NCBI GenBank assembly: GCA_043228905.1
Contig: JBHGNT010001020.1
Coordinates: 1-12,873, forward strand
Direction: 5' to 3'
Length of the DNA: 12,873 nt
From: Azolla caroliniana
Taxonomy: Eukaryota; Plantae; Polypodiophyta
Part shown: piece by piece, positions 1-10,461 of the stretch
Position numbering within the stretch: position 1 is the first letter of the stretch
Layout: every line of letters begins with the position of its first letter
Notes under the pieces: generated by a model
Database searches by the model: none
The model's input: the letters and a program-made list of their open reading frames with translations, nothing else
Told to the model about the DNA's origin: nothing
Made by a program: the position numbers and the translations under genes

Positions 1-23
1 AAGTCAATTTTCATTTTGTTTAG

Positions 24-3000
24 GTAAATCAAAAGATGATGAAATCTGCATTAATTAAAGATCTTTACAGTGAGATGGAGAAATTAAAAGCAGGTACTCC
101 TCTTGCAAGTTCTTAGCAGCTATTAAGAATTAAAATGTTTAGATGTTACTGATAACATTAACTCTAATAGAGGTTAATGCTGCTCGCGAAAAGAACGGAG
201 TATATCTTCCTAGGGAGCGCTTTCTACAAGAGGAAGCTGAAAAGAAGGTAGTCCTGATCCCATTCTCTTTTCTTGATTGAAATCTGTCGAGATACTTGCA
301 TACCATTTATAGTTTGACCAAGTTATAAGTTGAATCACCTGTCTAAATTCAACATTTTTACATCACCATTATAGGCAATGTCAGAGAGGATCGAACAAAT
401 AGAGTTTGACATTGAAGTCAAGAACAAGGCAAGTATTTTTTTGAGTGTTTTTTGTCTGTCAATCCTGTGATATAAACATGTGTATTTAAATACTTATTCA
501 TAACTTGAGGTGTTTCTAATATACAGAGGCTGGATACCATTCAAGAGGAACTGGATTCAGAACGTAGCCATTGTGAAGATTTGAATGAGAAACTTGAAAG
601 AAGCCAGGTAATTTTGCTGAAAAGCACTTGAAGAATGCATATCATAATATACAAAAAAGGAAATCCTGAACAGTAGAATCCATACTCCTACAGAAAAGAC
701 TGCGTTTTACTGAGGAGGCACTGGATGAAGCCAAAAAGGAAATTAGTCAAGCTCAATACTCTATTAAAGAACGAGATTTTATTATATCGAAATTTCAACA
801 GTCAGGTATATGGCTTTCTCATTATTTCTCCCTGAATGCGTAATCGTGTCTATTAATGGCTAAATCTTATGTCTTTATGTTTCAGAGGATGTTCTTGTTA
901 AACAAGCTGAAAACCTTCGTTCTCAGCTGGAGGCTTGTATTGCAGAGATAACAGGGCTTCATTCAAAAATTGGTCAGCATTTTATGAAACAAATTGTTTA
1001 ATATATTATTCTTCAAACATGATCAGTGTGACTAAAGTAAATGTTCAAAAGTGTGATTGTGTATTGCCTTGTGATGTGTAGAACGAAAGAGTAAAGTAGA
1101 AGTCAACAATCAGAAAACTTTGCAGTCATTTCATGGTGACCTGGGTGTACAATTGAAGGCACTACATGGATCTGTTGTATCCTCTGTTGGCCATCAGCAA
1201 AAACAGATCCAACAGATGCAAGACCATATTAAATGCTTCACAGATAGCAAGAATGAGGTATTGGGACTATCTCTGGGTACTTAATCACACACTAATTTGA
1301 TGATCAATTATGGGCAAAGGATTGAAATGTCAGTCTAGTTTAGTTTATTTTCTGAAATGTTATTCATGTTAACAAAATACATGAAATGCTAGAAATTAAT
1401 TAGTTTCTGAGAGTTTAGGTCAAATTATAAATGATATAAATGTCAAATTATAATTGACTATAAACAAAGCATTATTAGGTTCTAATAAGAAATATGTCAT
1501 GTTCAGTATGCAAATGCTATATAGATCCAAAATGTGTAAAAGTAATTAATTTGATTTACATAGATGAAGAATAATTTCGGATAATTCCTGTTCTAAGCAC
1601 TTGTGATTACTGTACTATTCCAGGTAACAGAAGTTCTTCGTCAGAATACAGATAGGGTGAAAGAGATCTTTCTATCTGGATTGAGGCAGATTAATGGTTT
1701 AGCACAGTCACATGAGAAAGAATCCACATTGACATTTGAGAAAGTAAACTCAGCTATTTCTGCTCATAGTAGTTCCCTGCAAGAGGTACAAATACTCTGG
1801 TCCTGTGATTTAGCTTTGCATCCTTTAAAAATCTTTTTAATCATGTCCATGTCCATGTCCATGTTCATTGCAAACAGCTCCTCACATCGTCTATTTATGA
1901 AGCTGAAATGTTATTCAATGATACTTCAAACGCATTGCTGAGACAACAAGAAGTTATAGTTTCTTTTGTTTCCCAGCAGCAAGAGGTATTCACTTCTTTC
2001 TGCTTTTGCATAGTAATAGTTTAAAGCTCTACCAAATGTTATCACTTATCACCCTATTGTTATAAAATGTTTACAGAAAGCACTGCAGAATCTAGATGCT
2101 GCAAAGGAAATATCAAAGAAGTTAGAAGCGTTCTATGAACTTGAAGAAGAAAACACCTTAAGCATCAAAGGGTCTGTTGTAGAGAGTCATGAAAATGTAC
2201 AGAAAACTCTTGTTGATCTTGAAAGAGTTTATGAGGTGATCCCCTAGTACATATATTGTCTTTATTTTCTCATTACTTGGCTCAATGAATGACAATAAGT
2301 GCTTGTTTCAGGAAGTAGCAAAGCAAGAGGAAAGTAAACTTATGGAGAAGATCTCAGAGATGTTAGTTGCTGCATCAGCACGAAAATCTGAAATTGTGAG
2401 TGCTATTTTGCCAATTTGCAAAAAAGTGTCTATTGCTTTCTATGCAATAAGAGCAAGCATAATGTAGACCTATACATGCTGATTTTACAGGTCAACTCAA
2501 GGATAAGTATCCTTAGGAACTTGGTTGCAAGGAATTCTAATAATATTGAACAAGACGTTCTAAAAATCTGTGAGGCAAGATCAGAGTCCCAAAGTCAATG
2601 GCTGAACTACATGAAGGAAGCAGAAAATCACTTCCACCAAGTCTGTGATAACTTAAATTCTAATGAAACCTGCTTAAAAGAAATTGCTGGGCACTGGTAC
2701 ATTGTTTCCAATATAGTTTTTCGTTTTGTATATCAAGATATAATGAAATCTGATTTAACTGCTGATCTTTTTCATGTCAATTTGATTTTAGTGTTAAACA
2801 AACAGCAGAAGCCACAGGAGGATGGAAAAAGGCCCAAGAATCTCTTCAACTTCTAGAGAGGAACAATCATCTTGCTGTCGATCTAGTTGTCAAGTATAAA
2901 ATGTTTTATTTTGGTGGGATTTAAGTGGCGTCTTTTATTAAAGGTTTATGAAAGTGAGAAATCCTCTTCATTGTTTGCAGGGAAGGAGTTTATGGTAATG

Positions 3001-3725
3001 GTCTTTTACTCACAAACCTCGAAGAGATGAACACTTCAATGGAATCTCAGCTTCAAGATGGCAACATTGCTCTTCTAAAATCAATAGATGGTATGATATC
3101 ACTAAATGTTTCTAATTTCTTGGTGCATCATACACAGTTTTCGTCTGTTCCTCATCTTGGTGTTTTGGTTAGATTGTGTTGATGTTGATATGGAAGCAAC
3201 CACAAGTATGCAAACAACACTTGCCTCACAAGGAGAAACCCTCATGGAACTTGAAGTTTCTCATAGCAATGGAACAAATGGTATACAATCTGAGGCAGAC
3301 TCATGTCTGAAGAAAGAGTATATGGTATGTAACCTTGTTGTGGTCAGGGATGTCTATTTACAGAAATTGTATACAACGGTTAATTCATATATTCCTCCCA
3401 TATGTATGTATTTCAGGAAGATGAGCCAACAGGATTGACACCGACAAAGAGAACAGTAGATGTAGCTAGTGAAGAATCAATCAAAGCTCTACGAGCACCT
3501 GAAATTGAGAAGCTATTAGAGGAATTCAGGGGTACAGCCAAAACCTCATCTCTAGAAGAATCTTGTAACAGCGAAGAAGAGGAATTCAGTTGTCCAGAAA
3601 ACAATGATATTGAGAAGCGTGTCTCACAGGGCACACAACGGACTGTGAAGGACTCCAAAATCCCTATCCCTCCCGATTCCTCATTGCTCAAAGATACTCG
3701 ATTACCTCTTGCAAATGTAAACTGA
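24..3725 (+). CDS. KIN5: Kinesin-5 (BimC/KRP125/Eg5 family) motor protein, 5'-partial: neck, coiled-coil stalk and tail; 16 exons
   Basis: Manual splicing keeps one open frame across exons 24-93, 171-247, 375-428, 527-607, 694-805, 886-972, 1082-1257, 1624-1785, 1878-1985, 2077-2235, 2312-2395, 2491-2696, 2792-2893, 2981-3090, 3173-3324, 3417-3725 (TGA). It starts VNQKMMKSALIKDLYSEMEKLKAEVNAAREKNGVYLPRER (kinesin-5 neck signature). The last exon has a BimC-box-like EDEPTGLTPTKR (CDK site TPxKR) and ends DTRLPLANVN, like plant kinesin-5 tails. The specific paralog cannot be assigned. Confidence 0.95.
429..526 (+). other. GC-AG intron in kinesin-5
   Basis: Donor AAG|GCAAGT at 428/429 and acceptor TACAG at 526 give the phase-0 join ...VKNK|RLDTIQ. 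The nearby GT at 433 would be out of phase. Confidence 0.85.
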
Positions 3726-3877
3726 TCTATACAACATGCCTTGTTATTTACAGGCGGAAACATTATTATCTTGTTATTGGCTTCATGAGTTCATAGAAAG
3801 ACATCTGAACTTCTCAAGTTCCTGCTTACTTTCTTTGTATGTAAGCAGGCAGGAACCATAAGCCAATTGCATATGGG

Positions 3878-3903
3878 GAGAGAGAGACAGAGACAGACAG
3901 AGA
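3878..3903. repeat. (GA)n/(GACA)n compound microsatellite in the probable kinesin 3' UTR
   Basis: gagagagagacagagacagacagaga. Confidence 0.7.
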
Positions 3904-4323
3904 TCGGAACTGATTGGTTTTCATTTCAATGAACTATATCCCTGTATATACTCTGCCTTATTGTTACTGTTGCTTGAATTGTGATCGACATTACATTGCT
4001 CACTCACTGCCTGTGAGGATCTTATTAAAAAACAGCTTACTTGCTTTTGCATATACTTTGTGATGTAGATTGACTGTCCTCGTTATATAATCTTTCCTGC
4101 CGGTGTTTGTCATATGGAGAGTGTTATGTTGTGTCAATGTCTCTACTGCTGATTCATATTGAATTAACGAAATTTGCTAATTTGATTTGATGATGATCTC
4201 TTGAAACATCATAGAATAGAAGCTCTACTGTTCAATATTCATCATGGGAATACATATACTATTTGTGGCAAAAATCAATGTGAAGTGGAAATCCATGGAA
4301 AATACACAAACATTCAGTGCTGA

Positions 4324-4337
4324 AGGGTTTAGGGTTT
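4324..4337. repeat. Two interstitial plant telomere-type units (AGGGTTT)2 / telo-box
   Basis: agggtttagggttt read directly. Confidence 0.55.
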
Positions 4338-4522
4338 AACAAATCGGAGATACGAACAAAAACATTTTCTCTAAGATCTGAAAGGTTCTCAAGGCAGATG
4401 TCAAATATCTCCCATTGTTTTAAGAGAATAATAATTGTAAGAGAGTAAATTCATAAGAAAAATTTCGGAAACATGCCCTTGGATGGATGCCTTAGGGCAA
4501 TCTGCTTTTGTACATGAGCCAA

Positions 4523-4830
4523 GGTTTTGCTGGAACATAGATTGTACTCATGCTGTGTGATGGCATGGCTAGAGTCTTAGTGAATCACATGTATGAGGAT
4601 GTTGAGCGCAAGTGTTTCAATAAATTGATTGCATGTAATGGATTTACATCTTGGGTGATAGGTTAGGCATTTTGGGTTTTGCTGGAACATAGGTTGTACT
4701 CATGCTGCGTGACGACATGGCTAGAGTCTTAGTGAATCACATGTATGAAGATGCAATTGAGGGCAAGTGTTTTGACAAATTGATTGCATGAAATGGATTT
4801 ACATCATGGGTGATAGGGTTAAGCATTTTG
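4523..4830. repeat. Tandem duplication, two diverged copies of a ~152-bp unit
   Basis: Both copies start ggttttgctggaacatag (4523, 4675), share catggctagagtcttagtgaatcacatgtatga and end gggtgatag..gcattttgg; they differ by substitutions and small indels. Confidence 0.93.
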
Positions 4831-4970
4831 GCTTTTCGACAAAAGTTGTGTTTGGATTCATATTTGTCTCGGAGAAGAACTGGCTCGTGAAGTTGGGTAA
4901 AAATCTCCTTCTAGTTTTATCTAGGGAAATTAGAAGTGAATGGGATTCTCAAGAACAATGGAAAAAGAAC

Positions 4971-4978
4971 AAACCCTA
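4971..4978 (+). promoter_or_regulatory. Telo-box (AAACCCTA) about 420 bp upstream of the menA start codon
   Basis: Exact motif aaacccta in the upstream region; function is inferred only. Confidence 0.35.
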
Positions 4979-5395
4979 GAATGTGTACTAATTGTAGTGT
5001 CACTACTAATTGGAAATATCCACACCAACAAACATGAAAAAATGGAAATCGCCCAAAAGGGGAATGATTTTCTTTCCTCGTTAGGGATCCTATATGTGTG
5101 TTTTATTTGGGGGGCTATATCTGAAATTATGCCAAACTATTATCTGTTTGGATAATGCTACTCAGACCTGCTGCTGCCATCGCCAGAGCTTCTTCTTCTT
5201 CCTCTTCCTTCCTAATGCTCGTAACGTTCTTTTTCTCCGGCGGAAGAAGAAACAGCTGCAGAAGGTAAAGAAGTGAGAGGAAGACCAGATGTAGAACCAG
5301 CTGAATAACGAAGAAGAAGCATAAAGAGAGAAGAAGCAGAGGAAGACGAGGAGAAAGAGGAAGGAAACAGAGAACGCTGAAACTTTGAATTTGCT

Positions 5396-8300
5396 ATGGC
5401 TATGTGGAGCTCACGAGCGCCATTAACATCTGTGGCCTCATTCTCATGCTGTAGTAATATCAAACAGAATAAGACTAACACTGTTGGTGTTTCACACCAC
5501 CTCCATCACAGAATACGCTTCCGATCTTACTCGTGTGATAAGCCTCACTCCTCTTTACGATACCTCCATCATCATTGTCTCCAGAGATCATCGGCCTTTT
5601 CTTCTTCTTATACGTCTAGGAGAGAGACCATATATTTTGTCGCCTCATCACTAAGCAGAAACCTGATCTCTTTAAATGATTCTCCAGATCAGGAATTTCC
5701 TGATGTAAGGGATAGAAATATCGCAGAGTTATCACAAGAAACTGTTGGTGAAGTAGTTATCCTTGATGAAGAAGAAAAAGAAGAACAACTTCATGCTTTG
5801 TCTGAGAAGAAAAAGTTGCTATGGCGAGCCATCAAGCTTCCCATATACTCAGTTGCCCTCGTCCCTCTCTCGGTAAGCCTTTTTCTTAGACCCAAAATGT
5901 CTTAAAATGCCTTTTTCTTTGCATGACCTATGGCATGAACCATCAGAAACATTTTCAGTATGGTAATATAATATGGCTCTTCAGGCCTCAAGAAGTTTTC
6001 TGAACGAATGCATCCATTCCATCTTATGAATTTCAATACATGACCTATAGCATGAACCAACAAAAACATTTTCAGTAGGGTAATATAATATGGCTCTTCA
6101 GGCCTCAGGCCGCAAGAAGTTTTCTGAACAGATACATCCACTCCATCTTATGAATTTTGAAAGGTTTGAATGAGTGTGGAGAGAACAGTCATAGGACAGT
6201 GTGACACTTGAAAAAAAGTGAACTTGCATGGGGCCTACATGTTGAGTTTCTAACGAAATGCATATGATATGTAGGGTAGTTTGCTTCGGTGATGGTGCAG
6301 AGATAAAAATCTTAGCTTCTTCCCCTGAAGAGATCTCTACTTGGACTCACCTAATCAATCTATAAGATTCCTTGCTTGTGGAGAATAGGAACTAAGAAGA
6401 ATGTAAGCAATGATGATGATTGGGCAATGGTCCATTCACATCCGGCGCACATAATCAATCTTGACTGTCATTAGCCTTAGAATATCAATTTTTCTAGGAA
6501 AAAATTCTGTTTTCGTGGTGTTTGTTTTGTGGGCAGGACTAAGTGCTTGTAAATGGTCATGTTCATTTTCATCTGTTCTGTAACATTTGTTAAGATTTTT
6601 GCTACGACTTGATCATGTTTAAAAGACAGGTGGGTTCTACAGTGGCATTCTGGCAAACTGGATTGTTCCACATTGGTAGATTCAGTGCATTATTAGTTTC
6701 TTCCGTGTTGGTTATTGCATGGCTGAATTTAAGGTATGAACATGATTTCAGTTGTTATTGTTTCTGGTTAACACCACATGCATTTACATTATGTCAGTTG
6801 TTATTGTTTCTGGTTAACACCACATTTATTTTATTGGCCAGTAATGATGCCTATGATGCTGAGACAGGAGTTGACAAAGAGAAAAAGGAGTCTGTTGTCA
6901 CCATGACAGGAAGGTATCAGAACACCAGATACATATTGTACATACTCATGCATTTTCTGAGTACGTATGATATCCTGTAGAAATGTTCAATTGACATGAT
7001 TAACCTATGCAGTCGAGAAGGAGTGCTAATTTCTGCATACGCATGTCTTGTTTTTGGACTTCTCGGTCTTTTATGGGGGGCATGGCAAGCCCAGAACATG
7101 CAAATATTTGTACTTTTAGCTGGAGCCATTTGTTGTGGATATATATATCAGGTATTCATATTGTACATAATGCAATGAATGTTTACATTGTATCACGTAT
7201 GTATATATACATATAACTATGAACATGTATATTCTGTCATATATATTGAAAAATCTACTGATTACCCCCAAGTTTTTCTTTATTTTTCCATATGCTCCTA
7301 ACTTTTCATTGCTTCCCAGAATGGCTGTAGTCATTCCTCGAAAGAGAGAAAAACAGGATGACTTGACCAAATAATCGCTCAAATAGCAGATGCTATTGAC
7401 AAAACCAGATATTTGTCTATACAACTGCTTGAGACTAGGTTGACCAAGGTTATTTTGGAAAATAAAGAAAAACTCGTGGGCATTTAACTATATGAGCATG
7501 AACAGTCTATCATATAAAGTTTATATATCATACCCCATAACATACTTCGTGTGTTCTTTTTCTATATGTATTTATGGACAGTGTCCTCCATTTAGGCTTA
7601 GCTATTTGGGGGTTGGAGAACCATTATGTTTTACTGCATTCGGTCCCCTTGCGACAACAGCCTTCTATTTGAGTCAGTCTACTGGCAGGTTTTGAGAACT
7701 GTCTTTCACATGGAAAACTTCTTATATAAAATAAAAAAATGTTTATAATCTTAGTGATAAATCTACAGTTTGATCATATTAATTCTTATAATCAAATCAT
7801 GACCATTTATGAGGTTTGTGGAATAATGAATCTACAGTCTGCAAGTATCTGGAACTATCCTAGCAGCTGCAACACTGGTTGGAATAACTACTACGTTGAT
7901 TCTTTTTTGCAGTCATTTTCATCAGGCATGCTCTCGCCCTTTTCATATTCTTGTGTTTTCTTTTGTGCTATTAATTCACGCATAAAGTTACCAGATTTAC
8001 TTTGATAAAAAATGAATTTTAATTATATAGATTGAAGGTGACCAGTTAGTGGGCAAGATGTCTCCTTTGGTAAGAATATTGATTGAAATATTGAGCAAAA
8101 AGATCTACAGAACGTGAAACTAAACATTTTGGTTTAAAAACAGGTGAGATTGGGCACAGAAAAAGGAAAAGAAGTTGTGAAGATGTCAGTGATTGGCCTT
8201 TATTCCTTGATCTTACTCTTAACCGCAACAAAAACCATGCCTTACCCTTGTGCTGTAAGCTTTTGTTGTTTTTCCATTGAATATTGAACCTTAACCTATG

Positions 8301-10461
8301 TTCAATGTATATTATGGTTTAATATCATATATCTGCTCTCTTTGATGTAGATTCTTTCACTTATGACTGCACCAATTGGAAAGCTTGTGGTAGATTTTGT
8401 GTCAAAAAATCATGATGTAAGTGCCAGGCACAAATTCTTAATATCAGAAACATCTAAAATGAACATTATTAAGTGCTACCATTAGAGTTGTTTTCATCTG
8501 ATTGAAACTCAGGGAGTTTAAATGCTAGAATAGCAGGTTAACAGTTCACATCATATCATACATTTGTTGATAGACAAATCTTTCCATTTAGATGCCAATA
8601 TTTCCGTTTCATGATTACAAATATGGTTGAATTCATGTTTCTGTACTGTAAGCTTCCCAAAGCCTGATGTTCATTATCATGATCTTAATACATGTGGTAG
8701 AATGATTTTGAAGATGGTTTACAGGCATGAAGTGTGTAACTAGTATGTACGGGTTGAGTAGTGGTGATGGGACATTATAGCTTATGTCCTATGTGCCTTA
8801 TATCCTAATACCCACGTTGTACCTTTGTTGCATTCGTCTCCTCGCTCAATGGTGGCTCCTTGGCACAGTACATTGTTAGCAGAGGTGTGGAGCTATGGAG
8901 GAAATCAGTAACATGTGATACAGGGGATGATTCCCTATGCTTTTGAAACTTGTGCAAGATTTGGCCAAAGTTTGATAAGCCAGCCTTCCCCGTCATTTGT
9001 TGAATGGTGGTGAAGATTGTGCAGAGCTATTGTTGCATCCTAATATAAGGGCTGATTCCCTATGCTTTGGAAGCTTGTGCAAGATTTGGCCAATGTTTGG
9101 TGGGCCAGCCTTCCCCGTCATTTGTCAAATGGTGGTGGAGGTTGTGCAGAGGGTGGTGTACATGTCTCTTATGTGCTTGTAAGCTGGGCACCTACACAAT
9201 GTTCCTTGCTTTGAATCCATCCGCAATCCTTGTATGAACCTGTTCATAAATTGACATAGTAGTAGACCATCTTTAGGGCATACTTGATGTTTTCCAAGTC
9301 TTCTGGGTATAGAGCCGCCATTGATCTTGTGGCAATACCGTATTCCACTCATTATTTTGGAGTGGCAAGTTCTTGAGGCCATAGGCAGAGCTGAGCTGCA
9401 TAGCCTCCTGTGGGTCACCCGATCATGCTTGTAAATGTGACTCCTAAATAGACATGAGAATCTAGTACTTCAACTTGCGCTCTTGTTGGAGTGTGTACGT
9501 TTTTCACCCAATCAACGTGGCTGTGATGGACATGCTCAAGATGATGCTGTAGACCTGCACAATATTCAGAGATCAATACTATGTCATTAGCGTAAAGAAG
9601 AATGTGGATGGCTCGTGAGCCTCTTACTTTGTATACCTAATAGGGGAGGTTAGAGTGGGCATTCTTGCTTCGCATTGATGGTGCTTGTGATGACCTCTGA
9701 TAACCCCCTTGAACTGCTAATTCGTCCCAACACTTGTGCATATAGTGCATGTCAGAGGGAATTTTGAGTACATGGAGTCATTGTAGTAGACATACCTTTG
9801 AAGTAGCATAATATAAGGATGTGGTTGGTGGTAGGGAAGTGTTGGAGTTCCACTTCAAGTACTACTACTCCAGAAAGTATGACAATGTGGCAAATCATGA
9901 CAGTTTGATGATTCCATGATTAGAAGGAGAGGCACAATGTTGTGCTTGATTCATGCGATGGGAAGGATAGGGGCAAGTTCGGTTACCGGTTACTGCATTA
10001 AAGGGCATTCACCTTGTAGTCTTGTGTGGTCAGACAACCATCCATGTGAGAGGCGCCGGATGGCCTTTTGAACTTTGTATGAGGTATAGAAGGTGGAGGT
10101 AGTAGGGGCCGAGACTGATGGTTCTGGTATGAAGGTTTGTGATGTAACATGACGTGAACTGATGAAGAACAATCTTACATGATTGAATTCTCTGATGAGT
10201 CACTGTAACTATAGATGCCAAAATGTGCCAGCAATATACAGACCTGCAAATGATTGAAGCTTCAAAATTTGTTATGGAAAGACAAGAAAAATATTGAAGC
10301 TTTTCTAAACTATGTAAAATTGTACTAACATAGTTTATGCATTGCAGGACAAGGAGAAAATATTTCTTGCAAAATACTTTTGTGTGAGGCTACATGCAGC
10401 GATGGGTGCTGCATTAACCTTGGGTTTTTTTGTGGCTTCTCAGATGCGTCTTGTACTATAG
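5396..10461 (+). CDS. menA: Plastid 1,4-dihydroxy-2-naphthoate phytyltransferase (MenA/ABC4, UbiA superfamily; phylloquinone biosynthesis); 10 exons, 438 aa
   Basis: Exons 5396-5872, 6630-6733, 6842-6913, 7013-7151, 7582-7688, 7838-7925, 8031-8069, 8144-8254, 8351-8416, 10348-10461 (TAG) total 1317 nt in frame. Motifs: LLWRAIKLPIYSVALVP, WLNLSNDAYDAETGVDKEKKESVV (Asp-rich NDxxD motif), YQCPPFRLSYLGVGEPLCF, LFCSHFHQIEGDQLVGKMSPLVRLGT, IFLAKYFCVRLH. The Ser/Arg-rich N-terminus resembles a chloroplast transit peptide. Confidence 0.96.
5922..6157. repeat. Tandem duplication of a ~117-bp unit in menA intron 1
   Basis: catgacctat...aacattttcagta.ggtaatataatatggctcttcaggcctca...catcttatgaattt at 5922 and 6039; copy 2 carries a 7-bp micro-duplication (caggcct caggccg). 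Confidence 0.93.
6748..6825. repeat. Exact 32-bp direct repeat (period 46) inside menA intron 2
   Basis: tcagttgttattgtttctggttaacaccacat at 6748-6779 and 6794-6825. Confidence 0.95.
7926..8030 (+). other. GC-AG intron in menA
   Basis: CAG|GCATGC donor and TATAG acceptor join the conserved SHFHQ|IEGD. An in-frame weak GT at 7953 would insert 9 aa into this motif. Confidence 0.75.
8720..10245 (-). mobile_element. Degenerate, probably 5'-truncated non-LTR retrotransposon (LINE, RTE/L2-like) in menA intron 9, antisense to the host gene; boundaries approximate
   Basis: Minus-strand translation across frameshifts gives ordered RT-ORF remnants: VQKAIRRLSHG..DHTRLQGE (~10070), PIA*IKHNIVPL, QTVMICHI..VLEVEL, FPTTNHIL, STINAKQECPL*PPL (GVKQGCPLSP-like, ~9670), HILLYANDIVLISE..GLQHHL (YADD-like, ~9590), VEVLDSHVYLGVTF (~9450) and the C-terminal zinc-knuckle remnant CRCPAYKHIR (~9190). 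Confidence 0.9.
8928..9151. repeat. ~99-bp direct repeat (period 125) within the 3' part of the LINE
   Basis: tgattccctatgcttt..cttgtgcaagatttggccaa..gccagccttccccgtcatttgt..ttgtgcagag at 8928-9026 and 9053-9151. Confidence 0.92.

Noticed and set aside
1842-1865. (CATGTC)n intronic microsatellite
   Set aside because: Real but a trivial slippage repeat.
1603-3438. Plus-strand ORFs of 60-146 aa as separate genes
   Set aside because: Each is a kinesin exon plus intron read-through.
3413-3763. 116-aa minus-strand ORF
   Set aside because: Antisense shadow of the kinesin last exon; no recognisable motif.
5212-5481. 89-aa minus-strand ORF overlapping the menA start
   Set aside because: Low-complexity Ser-rich translation of the GA-rich leader; no family signature.
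5902-6141. 79-aa minus-strand ORF with internally repeated peptide
   Set aside because: A by-product of the 117-bp intronic duplication.
8699-10260. aatgatt..gaag at both LINE flanks as a target-site duplication, and tttacagg/cctgcaaa as inverted ends
   Set aside because: Too short and imperfect in AT-rich DNA to call.
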